46,315 bases of DNA from Eledone cirrhosa (GCA_964016885.1 CAXHJY010001292.1:1-46315); one strand, 5' to 3'; positions 1-13,735 are shown, counted from the stretch's first letter. The notes: generated from the letters alone by a model not told the origin. A program made the numbers and translations.

Positions 1-1454
<1,454 letters not shown>

Positions 1455-1684
1455 TGGTACCATTGGCCCAGCACTATGTGTCAATAATTGTCACAGGTGT
1501 TGTGTTTGTACCAGAGTTTTCAAGTCGCTGGCTGGACTAAAAAGTCAGACTCGTTCAGCGCATCGGTAGTTCTCCTACATGGATATACAGTAGTGGCCAT
1601 ACTCGAAAACGAGTTTGCAGCCACCACGATGTATGTATGTATGTATGTATGTATGTATGTATGTATGTATGTATGTATGTATGT
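1455..1684 (+). mobile_element. 3' end of an RTE-clade LINE: C-terminal C2H2-like zinc finger, short 3' UTR and (TATG)n tail
   Basis: Translates to [23 protein letters not shown], resembling the CxxCxRxFxSxxGLxSHxRxH finger at the end of some RTE ORFs. About 60 bp of UTR and a tetranucleotide tail follow. Confidence 0.65.
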
Positions 1685-1713
1685 GGGTGTGTTTGTGTGG
1701 GTGTGTGTACACA

Positions 1714-1815
1714 TACAAGGTGTCCCCAAAAATGTTTATATATTTTGATTATCTGTACAGGCAATATTTATTAGAATGCACAGCCTTGGTGTATACATTT
1801 TTTAGGACACCATAT
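1714..1815. mobile_element. Tc1/mariner-type MITE (~100 bp)
   Basis: Ends tacaaggtgtccccaaaaatgt ... acattttttaggacaccatata are inverted repeats with TA flanks. The interior matches 5724-5828 in opposite orientation. Confidence 0.8.
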
Positions 1816-1857
1816 ATGTATGTGAGAGAGAGAGAGAGGCAGAGACAGAGAGAGAGA

Positions 1858-2082
1858 GTTCGAATTTCGGTCAAGGTGAAGGCGTGTTGTGTCATTGACC
1901 AGGACACTTTATTCCACGTGTGGTCCCGTCTACACACCTGGCAAAAATGTAATTCAAGGGGTCAGCCTTGTCACACCGTGTTATACTCACTCTTCTCGGG
2001 TTAAGGGTGCACCCTCCCTATGGAATGCTCAGCCAGTTGCACGTTAATTTCACGAGAAGGCGGAGAACAAACAGCGCTCCTG
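1858..2082 (+). mobile_element. tRNA-derived SINE, family B (CORE-like domain), degenerate
   Basis: B-box-like gttcgaatt followed by tgtgtcattgaccaggacactttattccacgt, matching copies at 22297, 24600, 32885 and 35895. Confidence 0.75.
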
Positions 2083-2184
2083 TGTATATGACTGTATGCT
2101 TGCATGTATGTAGATAAATAGATACATACATATAGACACACACACACCTATACATCTCTATGTGTGTGTTTGAGGAAGGTAAAG

Positions 2185-2330
2185 TTAATGAATTCAGCCC
2201 AAGTATTTGACTGGTACTTTATTTTATAGACCCTAGATAAAAAACAAAGTGGATCCCAGTGAGATTTGAACTCAGAGTCAAAACAGATACTAACAAATAT
2301 TTTATCTGAGACTCTAACGACTCTGCCAAT
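2185..2330 (-). mobile_element. tRNA-derived SINE, family A
   Basis: actggtactttattttat...gatttgaactcag (B-box GAGTTCAAATC on the minus strand), shared with more than 10 copies in the window. Confidence 0.8.
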
Positions 2331-2368
2331 AAAAATATTTTAATAATATGTATTAATAATAATAATAA

Positions 2369-2557
2369 TGGTTTCTGATTTAGGCAGAAGGCCAGCAATT
2401 TTGGGGGAGAGGGAAGTCAATGAAATCTACCCCAGTGTGTTACTGGTACTTTATTTTATCGATCTCATACGGATGAAAGGACAAGGTTTACCCAGGCAGG
2501 GTTTGAACTCAGAACAAAACCAGACACAATATTTTGTCTGACTAACGATTCTGCCTA
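2369..2557 (-). mobile_element. tRNA-derived SINE, family A (long form)
   Basis: ggccagcaattttggggg...actggtactttattttatcga...ggatgaaagg...gtttgaactcag. Confidence 0.85.
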
Positions 2558-2769
2558 CAATCTAACAATAAAATAAGAATATTTTAATAATTATGTATTA
2601 TTAATAATAATAATGATAGCAGCCTTTAGTGATAATAATTCATATTTCACATCAAGTTTTTCGAGATCAAATCCAAAAGAACGAAAAAAAAGAACAAATA
2701 AAAACAAAAGAACCGAAAAAGCAAAAATTGATTCTCTAAAATGATTAAAAAAATAGTTGTTTATATTCC

Positions 2770-3830
2770 AGCCTCTTCCTTCACCCTCTCTACTACTACT
2801 ACTACCACCATCACTGCTACTATCTCACCCACTCATTATATCCCCTCCTCATCCCTTCCCCCTTTCATCAACACTGACGACATTTACCTTTGTACCTCTA
2901 CACCACCGCCGTCACCACCAACACCACTATCACCCCCCCCTACCAGCATCACAACCCCTCTAACCACCGCCATCACCTCTACACCACCGCCATCACCTCT
3001 ACACCACCACCACCACCTCTACACCACCACCACCACCATCACCACTTGTTCACGCCCCTCGTACAGTGTCTGTGTCGGCATGTATTGATGGAATGGGTTA
3101 GGGTGGGACGGGGAAGAGAAAGAAGAGACACTTGGGGTGAGTTGGGGGTGAGCTTTAGGGAGAGTGGCGGGGGGTAGGGGGCATGGCATTTTTTTTATTA
3201 GGAACAAATAGATGAGGGTAGGGTGGGACTGTAGGGTGGGGTAAGGCTGTGGAGTGGGGCTGTGAGGTGGGGTGGGTCTGATCAAATGAAACGATGCTCC
3301 TTTCTGATTCATATTTGAAAAGAGGGCTGCCACTCTCATTCTCTGTCTCCTCATTCTCACCCTCTCTCATTCCCACTCTTTCTTTATCTCTTTCTTCTCT
3401 CCTACCTTCCTCTCCCTCCTCAACCATCTCACTCTCTCACATCACACCCGCTCATACTCCCCCTCTCCCGCAGACTATCTTCCCCTCCTCCCCACCCCAT
3501 CCACAAAAAATCATTACAGTCTCCCCCCCCCCCCTCTCTAGTCTGTCTCTTTCTTCCTCTATTTCCTTTCTCCCACCCCTGTCGTTGTCATGTCTCGCCT
3601 CATACTGGCACTCTCCACGCCTCCACCCCCTCTTTCGCTACATCAACACTCCCTCACACCACCCTCTAACCTCTATCTCACCACATCATCACCCGCCAGC
3701 CACACAGTACACCCCCCACCCTCTACACCCCACCACACACACTACCACTCTACCCACCCCCACCACACCACACCAGTCACACTCCACACACCACTCCACT
3801 CCACACCAGTCACACTCCACTCACTACATT
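2770..3830. repeat. Low-complexity block: C-rich (CAC/CCT), then G-rich, then C-rich
   Basis: Degenerate trinucleotide repeats with a G-tract segment at about 3095-3277. Confidence 0.85.
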
Positions 3831-4211
3831 GTAAATATGACAATGAGTGTAACAAAAGCAAACTGTTAAAATAAAAGATATGATAAAAAATAGTATATAA
3901 ACAAATACATAAAATATATCCCCTCCCCCAAATTATTAAAACAATATCAAACACATACATGTAGACACACATACACACACATACATACATGTAGACACAC
4001 ACATACATATAGACACATACACACAAACATACACACACATACATGTAGACACATACATATAGAAAAGCTTCTACATGATTACAACCTTCCTGATAATTTC
4101 TACCGGAATGAAACAGTTCTAGTCCTGTAGAAGCCTTTCTATATTAAATATGTATACTCTGCTTGTATTGAGTACCTTACTTACTGTGGTTACCCGGGAT
4201 ATATATATATA

Positions 4212-4343
4212 TCACCTTAACCGACCAGTCTGTCGGGCGTCCATTCGGCGCCGCTGGTCACAGCACGCCGTCCATTTCTCTCTGGATCGTGATTTCCTCA
4301 TCCATGTAGTCCCAATCGTATTCTTCAAATCCTAACTCCACCC
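4212..4343 (-). mobile_element. 3' tip of an RTE-clade LINE
   Basis: Minus strand reads WS*DLKNTIGTTWMRKSRSREKWTACCDQRRRMDARQTGRLR*, matching the RW.DDL...W.R....R..W end motif of RTE ORFs. The stop codon abuts (TA)n. Confidence 0.65.
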
Positions 4344-4344
4344 T

Positions 4345-4369
4345 CATATATATTCCCCCATTAAAGTAT

Positions 4370-4405
<36 letters not shown>

Positions 4406-4413
4406 ATTACGAT

Positions 4414-4473
<60 letters not shown>

Positions 4474-4496
4474 ACTTTAATGGAGGAATATATATG
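4345..4496. repeat. 24-bp inverted repeats enclosing a (CA)n/(TA)n tract
   Basis: catatatattcccccattaaagta (4345-4368) versus tactttaatggaggaatatatatg (4473-4496), one mismatch. Confidence 0.85.
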
Positions 4497-4529
4497 AAAG
4501 AAAGAAGAAAAGGAAAACAAATACCTTCA

Positions 4530-4661
4530 TTGTTGTGGTGGTAGTGATGGTGGTAATGATGGTGATGATGATGATGGTGGTGGTCGTGATGATGTTGGTA
4601 ATGGTAAAAATGATCATGATGCTGATTGCTGGTGGTGATGATGCTGATTATTATTATTATT
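4530..4661. repeat. (GGT/GAT)n then (ATT)n simple repeat
   Basis: Directly visible. Confidence 0.9.
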
Positions 4662-4757
4662 GGTTAACTTTGCCTTTCATCCTTACGGGGTCGATAAAAT
4701 AAAGTACCAGTAATGTACTGGGTAATTGCTGGCCTTGTGCCTAAAGTAGAAACAATT

Positions 4758-4780
<23 letters not shown>
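4662..4780 (+). mobile_element. SINE family A, short subfamily, 5'-truncated, with (ATT)n tail
   Basis: ggttaactttgcctttcatccttacggggtcgataaaataaagtaccagt...gctggccttgtgcctaaagtagaaacaattattatt. Confidence 0.9.
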
Positions 4781-4788
<8 letters not shown>

Positions 4789-5190
4789 TGATTTATTTGT
4801 TTGGTATATATTCCTTGATAGTGGAATTCCATCATCCCACTTCAATTCTGGAATTACCGTCTTTAAGGGGAAATATATCGACCCCCCTCTCCCCACCTGA
4901 AGACAACCCTGTCCATGACCTCACACAAAAGATACACTGAATCATTAGAATGTATGTTGCTTTTTACATAGACTCATGTTCAGTGACTAATTCCACCTCT
5001 TCTGTTAACCTGTAACTCCAGCTGGAGTCATAGGGACGCCATTGTGACATGCCGCACTGTTTCATGGATATTTTAAAATAACCTGGTTAGGTGCTGAGAC
5101 TTGTTACTCTACAGTTTCACATGTACTCACAGGATCACCAGACACGTCTTTGTGTCAGTATTCAGTACTCATTCTCAGGTCCGTAAACAT

Positions 5191-5229
<39 letters not shown>

Positions 5230-5232
<3 letters not shown>

Positions 5233-5337
5233 GAAGAAGGGCTCAAGCCCGGCACGCTGAAATTTCTTTCCCCTTTTTTTATATAAAGTGTGAAACTAAT
5301 AAGAATCTTTATACCTCTGTTTGTTGTCTCCTTTAAC
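5230..5337 (+). mobile_element. Degenerate copy of the hammerhead-motif element
   Basis: ccgaaga-a-gggc-tcaa-gccc-ggcacg (mutated core, intact stem II), then atataaagtgtgaaactaata, similar to atatcaagcgttaaactaata in the other copies. Confidence 0.55.
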
Positions 5338-5374
5338 TATATATATATATATATATCACTCTCCTGGTTCAATC

Positions 5375-5415
<41 letters not shown>

Positions 5416-5416
5416 C

Positions 5417-5462
5417 AATAATAATAAATGTGAAGACTAAAATCCAAAGAGGGCTCGATAAG
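5417..5462 (+). repeat. Short dispersed repeat (~46 bp), second copy at 34626-34672 on the minus strand
   Basis: aataataataaatgtgaagactaaaatccaaagagggctcgataag matches the reverse complement of 34626-34672 with about one mismatch. Both copies lie beside (TA)n. Confidence 0.85.
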
Positions 5463-5506
5463 CAAATATTTATTAAAATAGCAGATTAAAGTTTAAGCAA
5501 ATAATT

Positions 5507-5549
<43 letters not shown>

Positions 5550-5723
5550 TTATTTTAGGTATAAATCGAAGGTTTAGCTGTTGTCCAGCAAGTACTATTC
5601 GATTTGTTTGAGGCAATCACAAAGGATTCAATGGAGCGAAAGTTAAAAACATAAATATCCAGAGTAAACAGCACAGTTACAGAGTGTGACACCAAGAAGA
5701 CAGACCAAAGGCACTAGCCATAT

Positions 5724-5828
5724 CACAAAGGTGTCCCCCAAAATGTATACACACTTCAACAGCATTCTAATAAATATTGGCTGCACAGGTAATCAAAGTG
5801 TGTATACATTTTTGGGGGACACCCTGTA
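5724..5828. mobile_element. Tc1/mariner-type MITE (~100 bp)
   Basis: TIRs ggtgtcccccaaaatgtatacacactt / aagtgtgtatacatttttgggggacaccctg-ta. Confidence 0.85.
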
Positions 5829-7077
5829 TATAATTTCTTAATGAAACGAACTAAATATCTATAGGTCGCCTTAGAAATATCCTACAATCCTGAGCTACAA
5901 TTTACAGCAAGATCAATATCTAAGCAGTTGTTAAGGTTGTTGCTATATTTCAGCTTTTATTCAAATGTTAAAATATGAAATGTTTATAACATAGATCAAT
6001 CGTCTCGTTTATAAAGTTTCATGTTTTATTCCCATAAGCTTCTAATCAATAGCTTGATATTATCATCATGAAGTTTAAAGATGATAAATATATTTCCAAG
6101 ATTGCATTAATTTCCCGTGAATATCAAACTTTATTTTAATTAGTTTAATGTATTTGCAAAAATACGACGTGATATGTACCAAGCGAAATCATTAAACATT
6201 TAAGAGCCTAAATTCATTTCTAAGTATGCAAGAGTAAGATAAATATTGTAGCTTAAATGAAAACATCAGTTCTTTCCAGGGTTTGGTTAGCAACGTTACC
6301 AGAGAATCAAAGATTTTACTGAAATGTGATACTTGTAATTTGAAAGAAACTTTAATGTCAAAATTATTTCAGGATATATATTATTCACCCTTAGTTGAAA
6401 AAAAAAAAAAAAAAAATAAGTGGTTTCTATTTCAATATATTTATTGTTTTATTTTGTTTTCACTTAATGCTTTTTATATTTCGAGCACATCGTTCATGTT
6501 AGGAAGTAGCGAAGAACATGTAGCTATGATAGATAACCCCAGCACCACAAACAGCTTTCAATCTCTGACCTACCGTCGAACCTAAACTTCATATTTCTTC
6601 TTATTAGTCAGCTAGAGCAGTAGAAGAAGAGGGGGTGGTGCTAGTGCTGATGGTGGTAGTGTGCTTATTTATATATTTATTTTTCGGGTTCTCCCCAGAC
6701 TAAGTGGATAGGGTTAACTGAGAGTGAGTAATGTGATTAATTCTTAGCCAACTGTCTTTTCTCTATTAATTTGCTCAGTGCCACAGTAACACCCTGTACT
6801 TAATCATAATATATCACACCAATATCTCCACTTTCCCGACAAAATATTTTACAATCATATATATGAAACATTCCTTTCAAAAACTACCGGAGCTTGTCTT
6901 TCAAACATTTCTGGAATATACCGGTGGTCTTGGGGAGTGAATCCTCACATCGATCCAAAAATAAAGCTAATTAAATATAAGTATAAACATTTCAATTTAA
7001 TACTTTTGCTTATTTCAGTAACATTGGGGACTCATCATTGATCGTTTATTTTATTTTTATGTTCTGAGTCAATCATA

Positions 7078-7215
7078 TGGTGGTGAATTGACAACTGTTA
7101 AAGCATAGGGCACAATTGGCACCATATGTGTTCCTGGTTTCTTCTACTCTAAGTTAAAATTACTCCCAAGTCAACATTGTCTTTCACCCTTCCGGGGGTC
7201 GATAAGATAAAGTGG
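7078..7215 (+). mobile_element. SINE family A, degenerate
   Basis: ggtggtgaattgac head and gtcaacattgtctttcacccttccgggggtcgataagataaagt. Confidence 0.7.
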
Positions 7216-7389
7216 CTGTCGAGGAGGACAATTAATTAACAGATTTGATACCGTCTCAGACCTGGTGTCAAGTGGTACACGTTCCAGCTGTTAAAGTTTT
7301 AGGGCGATAAACTTAATCCGCCCCCTGACACTCCTGGGTCTCCCCCTAGTTCACATTCACTCCAGTAAAGATATATATATATATATATA

Positions 7390-7590
7390 TATGAGGGTAT
7401 GCTGAAAAGTTCATTGGCTGACCAAGATACTCTCATGGAATAACCAAATGAGGTTTAGTTTTTTAACAGTCCCTGGAAAGAAACAATGTAGTTATTAATA
7501 AGAGTTGAAATTAAAGCATGCAAGATTTTACAGCTCTTGCATCACTCCTACCCAGTCATCCTATGAACGTTTCAGTCGGCCTTCAAAATG
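7390..7590. mobile_element. Probable mariner-type MITE
   Basis: Left end ta-tgagggtatgctgaaaagttc resembles mariner TIRs. The right end gaacgtttcagtcggccttca is a degenerate inverted match. Confidence 0.5.
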
Positions 7591-7646
7591 CCAGCACCAA
7601 CAGTTTTGCAAGAGATGTCAACATGAATGGACCTGTTATTTTTATC

Positions 7647-7830
7647 TAAAGACATTTTTTTCCAATTCCAAACCGCCCGTCCCCTCAATCTATCTTATTT
7701 CTCATTCTTTCTTCTGATGAAGGGCTAGCGTCCGAAACATTAAGCCCCTCTTCCTGCTATATCAAGCGTTAACCTAATATATCCCTTCCATATACTGTAC
7801 CGATTGTGTTGTTATTTCTGTTTACCTTTT
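7647..7830 (+). mobile_element. ~183-bp non-autonomous element with hammerhead motif (Penelope-like-element derived)
   Basis: Highly similar end to end to the reverse complement of 37251-37432. Followed by (CA)n(TA)n. Confidence 0.75.
7710..7745 (+). ncRNA. Minimal type I hammerhead ribozyme motif (stem III mutated)
   Basis: UCUU-CUGAUGA-A-GGGC-UAGC-GUCC-GAAAC-AUU-AAG. Confidence 0.6.
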
Positions 7831-7841
7831 ACACACACACT

Positions 7842-7872
<31 letters not shown>

Positions 7873-9009
7873 GAAGCATCCCCAGTTTACAGATGCAACA
7901 AGAAATATTCTGGAGGCTTTAAAGCTCCATTGAGCGTCACTCTAGAATATTCTGTGAGTTAACCTGGTAAAATGCTGCTGTACTTTTAGAAGGAGAACCA
8001 ACTGTTAAAATATGTATGACAGTGATCTCCCACAGAATGATTCTTCCAACTCCCAGCAAAATATCGAAGAAATCCTTATTGCTCCGTATGAGTCCCGCTT
8101 ATTAGAAAGTATTTTACAGGTGTAATCAATAGTGTTACAGAATTTTACCTGACCTGATGATTGGTATCGTTAAAAAAAAAAAAAATAAATAAAATAAAAT
8201 AAAAGGTAAAAAGACAACATTTCCAGTTAAAGCGGAGGAGGTGAGAGAGGACTGTGATGCTGTAGGTGTGTAGAATAGTAAGATGAGTCAACACGGGAAT
8301 ATTGATTGCCTGCACTTTAACAAATATGTTTTTTTTTTTCGTTTTTGGTATCTGTTGATAAGAGGAGAGATTTTAAGATTAAACCTCCATGCTGTAATTA
8401 TATATACCTTCTTCGTTTTTCACTTTCTAAATGCATTTCTGGGTGTCTTTTCAAAATTAATTACTTTACCTATTAAGTCATGGCGGCATTCCTTTAGGGT
8501 CGTAGTAGTAATATTATATAGAAACCATCAGACTTTAGGAATGTAATAAATTGTGAAGCAGAAGAAAAAGAAAAAAAAAAACATCAACAACGAAAAAACA
8601 AAACAGTCAAACAATAACAAAAAAATATATATAGAAGGAAAAACGTAAAACAAAACCAAAAAGCCTACCAAGTAAATGACATTGGACGTTCTTATTTCAA
8701 GAAAACGGAAGGAAACTTTAGAGAACAGCGAACAGAAATTGGCTGAAAAATCTGAATATGTCAATTGTAAGGTTACAGTTAGTTGTTGACTGTGTGGTTA
8801 TAAGAGAGTTAAGAATGTGTTATTTCCTGGTGATCTGATAGGGAAGACAACCCCAGACAAAAAACAACAGCAAAAGAAACAAACAAACAACAAGAAAACC
8901 TGGTGTGTATAACGCACGTAAACTCAAAGGAATGTAAAAAAAAAATATATTTTTTTTTATTGTGATTCGAAATCATGGCAGCAGGTGTAAAATGGAAAAT
9001 TTGACAGTT

Positions 9010-9200
9010 ACTTGTTCTGCTCGAAATAACAGCAAAATCTCCTTTAAATCATACCTTACCGTTTCACAAGGAAAACAAAAACGTGAAAGAGCATCTCATT
9101 AATTTATATTGTACCATCTTAAGAAAGGAGACTTTTGTACAGTGTAGTCCTAGATAGCCTATACTTGCATCAACTAAGAAAGGATAAATGAGAGAAAGAT
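9010..9200 (+). mobile_element. Dispersed repeat family C (SINE-like, unclassified)
   Basis: gctcgaaataacagcaaaatctcctttaaatcatacc recurs at about 12640, 17290, 28400 and 40550, and inverted at about 26400, 30150, 34350 and 43790. Confidence 0.6.
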
Positions 9201-9251
9201 AAACCTTCGTGGACCTTTAGTTCCTTGGAGCCGTAATGTTGCTGTACTTAC

Positions 9252-9299
9252 CGGGTGTCCTGGGTATTGAAAGTTGGCGGAGTTTATTTCTCTCCAGGT
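9252..9299 (-). CDS. Candidate 48-nt internal exon (TWREINSANFQYPGHP in phase 0)
   Basis: Pyrimidine-rich acceptor ctctctcccgctatgttcag and donor CCG|gtaagt. Length is a multiple of 3. No homology recognised. Confidence 0.45.
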
Positions 9300-9311
9300 C
9301 TGAACATAGCG

Positions 9312-10245
<934 letters not shown>

Positions 10246-10249
10246 TAAA

Positions 10250-10395
10250 CAACTCCAGTAATGAACTATTTTATCAACCACGAAATAATGAAAGACAAAG
10301 TTGACTTTGGTAGGATTTGAACTCGTAACAAAACCTGGACAAATACCACGAAGTATTCTATCCGACGTTCTAACGACTTAGCTAACTCACCGTCT
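10250..10395 (-). mobile_element. SINE family A, degenerate
   Basis: attttatcaacc...atgaaagacaaagttgactttggtaggatttgaactc...ctaactcaccgtct. Confidence 0.8.
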
Positions 10396-10472
10396 ATAAT
10401 GCTTGACGTAACACCGTGGTAACCATAACAACTGTCTACGTTACCCCAGTTAAAAACTAATGTTCTAGGATA

Positions 10473-10664
10473 TAATTGTTTCCACTTTTGGCACAAGGCC
10501 AGCAATTATCCCAGTGCATTACTGGTACTTTATTTTATCGACCCCCGTAAGGATGAAAGGCAAAGTTAACCTCGGCGGGATTTGAACTCAGATCGTAAAG
10601 GGACGTAACTATACTGGAAAGCATGGCATCCGACCCTCTACCGATACTGCCAATTCACCGCCCT
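10473..10664 (-). mobile_element. SINE family A, short subfamily, apparently full length
   Basis: Minus strand has A-box-like TGGCAGTATCGG, B-box GAGTTCAAATCCC, the conserved central block and the 3' end gtggaaacaatta. Confidence 0.9.
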
Positions 10665-11180
10665 AATGTACTAGAATATAATGTGAAGGAGGTTTGGCAG
10701 CAATTTTGAAATCCGTTTTTAGTAAATCTGTGTCTAGTCTTAAAGCATCATATAAAGTCTTCGACAGCAATCTCATGATTTCTAAGAATCATCCAAACAA
10801 TATTAGAAACTACCAACATTTAACTTCGGTTTTAAAGACATTTCAGCGTCTTCTCAGAATGATAGACGAATAATTACGAGATAATTACACTCTTACATGT
10901 AAAACGTAAATAGATTTTAGATATTTATATTTTTGTAAACGTCATATTTAACACTGTCAATGGTTTCAAAGAAGTTAACACAGTACATATCTTCCAAATG
11001 TTTTGAAAAACGAAAAGATTACGATTCTGCTGTATTGTTGTTGAATTTTTAACTGTAATTTTTGTGAATATGTTATAATGTTATCACATTTGAATATATA
11101 GTGCAATTTAATATAGTATTTATTCAGTTAAGTTGGCAAGACAAATCTGTTAATTGAAAGTTGTTACTACTCGCTACCAC

Positions 11181-11377
11181 CAGACCTGCCAACCTCTAAA
11201 AACCCAAACGAGGAGTACCATGAAAAAAAAGTGCCACAAAACGGGGAGAAATGAGGTAAATTGGGGAGATTTTACATAATGAAAGTTATAGTCATTTTCA
11301 CAAGAGAAAACATCGCTCACCCATCCCAAAGTGGGTGGGAGATCTCCCCCGTTGGACGAAGAGAGTTAACAGGTCTG
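11181..11377. mobile_element. MITE, probably hAT-type
   Basis: Ends cagacctgccaacctct / agagagttaacaggtctg are imperfect inverted repeats. No clear target-site duplication. Confidence 0.6.
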
Positions 11378-11775
11378 ATGCACTTCAAGCAGACTACTCC
11401 CCTGAAACATCTTCACTGTACACTTTGTTGAAACATGTAACTAATGTATATTTTATTTTCCTGTCCCTGCATCTATTAAGACATTCTAGTCTAACGAACT
11501 CTCTAACGATTTCTAGTAAGATCGGTGACATATTATGGTTTTATCACAATGATTGATATTTTCAACCTAGCTTATGGACCCTCAGTTTGGGAACAACAGC
11601 TTTAGACTCAGATCATACAAAGGAAGGAGGAAATATATTTACAAATATAAAATTATATTATTTTATTTTGAGGAGTTAAAGAAATACAGATTCAAGCACA
11701 AAATAAGAATAACACACCTTGGCCGAGTTACACGAATGGTACACACATATATGTAAGACATCATTATTTATTTAC

Positions 11776-11796
11776 CTGGTGAATGTAACGAGCCAT
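11776..11796 (-). CDS. Candidate first coding segment (MARYIHQ) within a 25-nt exon at 11776-11800
   Basis: Acceptor tatatttcag and donor CAG|gtaaat. The ATG follows an in-frame TAA and the segment ends in phase 0, in frame with the 9252-9299 exon. Confidence 0.35.
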
Positions 11797-11922
11797 TTAT
11801 CTGAAATATAATGGTTTGTAAAATATGGACATTCATGTTTTGCTTCTTTTCAGGTGAAAATGGGGGAAAGTAAGGGGGGGGGGGGTTACAAATAAATATA
11901 GCATCCGTAGACCGTTGCTTAC

Positions 11923-12002
11923 CTGTAATAAAAGTCTTTTGAGAAACACCTGCTCTTATGCTCTTGACTGATTTAGCAGGCAAAATGTTTATAGTGAGAA
12001 GA
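11923..12002 (-). other. Candidate non-coding first or 5' UTR exon
   Basis: Strong donor CAG|gtaagc and no ATG. Contains TATAAA (11993-11988) and Inr-like TCAGTC (11971-11966), although their 24-nt spacing is short. Confidence 0.3.
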
Positions 12003-12029
12003 CTTGAGAGAAAAAGAAAATGTGTGTAT

Positions 12030-12410
12030 GCGAGAGAGATAGATAGAGAGGAGAGAGAGAAGGAGAGAGAGAGAGAAGGAGAGAGAGAGAGAGAAGGAGA
12101 GAGAGAGAAGGGGAGAGAGAGAATGAGAGAGAGAGAAGGGGAGAGAGAGAAGGAGAGAGAGAGAGAAGGGGAGAGAGAGAATGAGAGAGAGAGAAGGGGA
12201 GAGAGAGAAGGAGAGAGAGAGAGAAGGGGAGAGAGAGGAGAGAGAGAGAAGGGGAGAGAGAGAAGGAGAGAGAGAGAAGGAGAGAGAGAGAAGGGGAGAG
12301 AGAGAAGGGGAGAGAGAGGAGAGAGAGAGAAGGGGAGAGAGAGAAGGAGAGAGAGAGAAGGGGAGAGAGAGAAGGAGAGAGAGAGAGAGAAGGGGGAGCG
12401 AAGTGGGAGA
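12030..12410. repeat. (GA)-rich polypurine tract
   Basis: Directly visible. Confidence 0.97.
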
Positions 12411-12769
12411 AAGGATGGGGTCCGAAAAGAAAGATTAATTGTAAGTATTAAGTTGTTTTGTGAGATGATGTAGAAGTGGTGAGAAAACCCGTAGTTCTAG
12501 AATAGAAAACGGCTGAACGTCCTCCTTCTCCTCCAATTAGTTTTCTGTCTAATACTAGTCTCTCTCTCTCTCTCTCTCCCCCCCCCCCACACTGAGCTAT
12601 TTTGAGCAAAAGAGGGGAGGGCGCGTCAATGTAGTCGCTTAACATCAGCCAAATCTCCCTCAAATCACACCCTTAATAAACAAAGAACGGCACATTGAGT
12701 GCTGGTGTTTAGCCTCAGGTGAAACCCTGAAGGAGTAGGCCTCAGTAAAATTTGTTTGTAGAGGGAAGG

Positions 12770-12910
12770 TCTCCGCCAGGTAAAACGTCCCTTAGAAGTA
12801 TTGGTCGACAAGAGGTTATATTAGAAGAAAGTCTTCCAAGGTGTCATGTGGTGGGTCTCGAACCCTAAACCATATGGTTGTCAAGTGAACCTATTCATCA
12901 CACAGCCATG
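12770..12910 (-). mobile_element. tRNA-derived SINE, family D, degenerate
   Basis: ccaaggtgtcatgtggtgggtctcgaaccc...cacacagccatg gives minus-strand TGGCTGTGTGA (A-box-like) and GGTTCGAGACCC (B-box). Confidence 0.65.
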
Positions 12911-13609
12911 AATGCACAAAAAGAAGCCAAATATTTTTTCAAAACAGATACACAATTCAGTTCAGTTTTATTTAACTGTTTAGAGAATGAGGAGAATGAG
13001 AAGAAGAAGAAGCTATTCAGTGAGTTGGTCGGACGTACTACATTACTCTTCTAAGCTTTTCATTTTATGGATAAACAGATTGAGTTAAATGTTTAACAAG
13101 AAAGATTTACTCCTTCATTTCATTTTAGAAAAAAATTATTCAATTTTATTTCTGCTTCAACGCGTCATATTTCTCCATTTTCTCAATTCAATCTTTCTCT
13201 CCTTTTATATCGACTAATATCAGCTCTTTTATTTTTGTTTTTTGTGTTTTGTTTTTGAGCCTTATGGTGGATTTGAAAAAAGAAAAGAAAAAAAGTAAAG
13301 AATTTTAGAAAAATCTTAGAATCGCATTAGTCAACAACAAGAGGCTATTCACTCACATAAGTTATTTAAGAAGCGATTCAACAAGCTTTGCATAACAGCA
13401 AAGCTTCTAATGAAATAAGATAGGATAGGATAGGAGAGTACATAGAGAACTAGAATTGATTGCCAACGAACGAAGTTGGCTGAGTTATAGAAAACCCAGC
13501 TTATCTTAGAGAGAAAAAAATGGACTTCATAAATATTAAAAGAACATTAAAATTGTGATTCTCTTGAAATGTATTTGGAATTGTGCATTATAAGAGAGAT
13601 GGAAATGTT

Positions 13610-13735
13610 CATTAGGAAAGGGTTGGAAGGTTCCATGATGACATGATGACAATGTTGGATGGGTTTATTATGACAGGGATGGAAGGGTTTATTACGATAG
13701 GATTGCAACAGTTTATTATGAAAGGGTTGCAATTT
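13610..13735. repeat. Degenerate ~24-bp tandem repeat
   Basis: Units such as gggtttattatgacagggatggaa and gggtttattacgataggattgcaa. Confidence 0.6.

Noticed and set aside
3019-3360. Protein-like stretch PFHQYMPTQTLYEGREQ on the minus strand
   Set aside because: Embedded in low-complexity sequence with no credible splice sites or recognised homology.
4858-4896. Possible 39-nt phase-0 exon on the minus strand (VGRGGSIYFPLKT)
   Set aside because: Weak polypyrimidine tract, and the sequence resembles the atcgacccc...cccc part of SINE family A.
10560-10664. tRNA gene suggested by A-box and B-box motifs
   Set aside because: The motifs are attached to a SINE body and tail, and no cloverleaf is evident.
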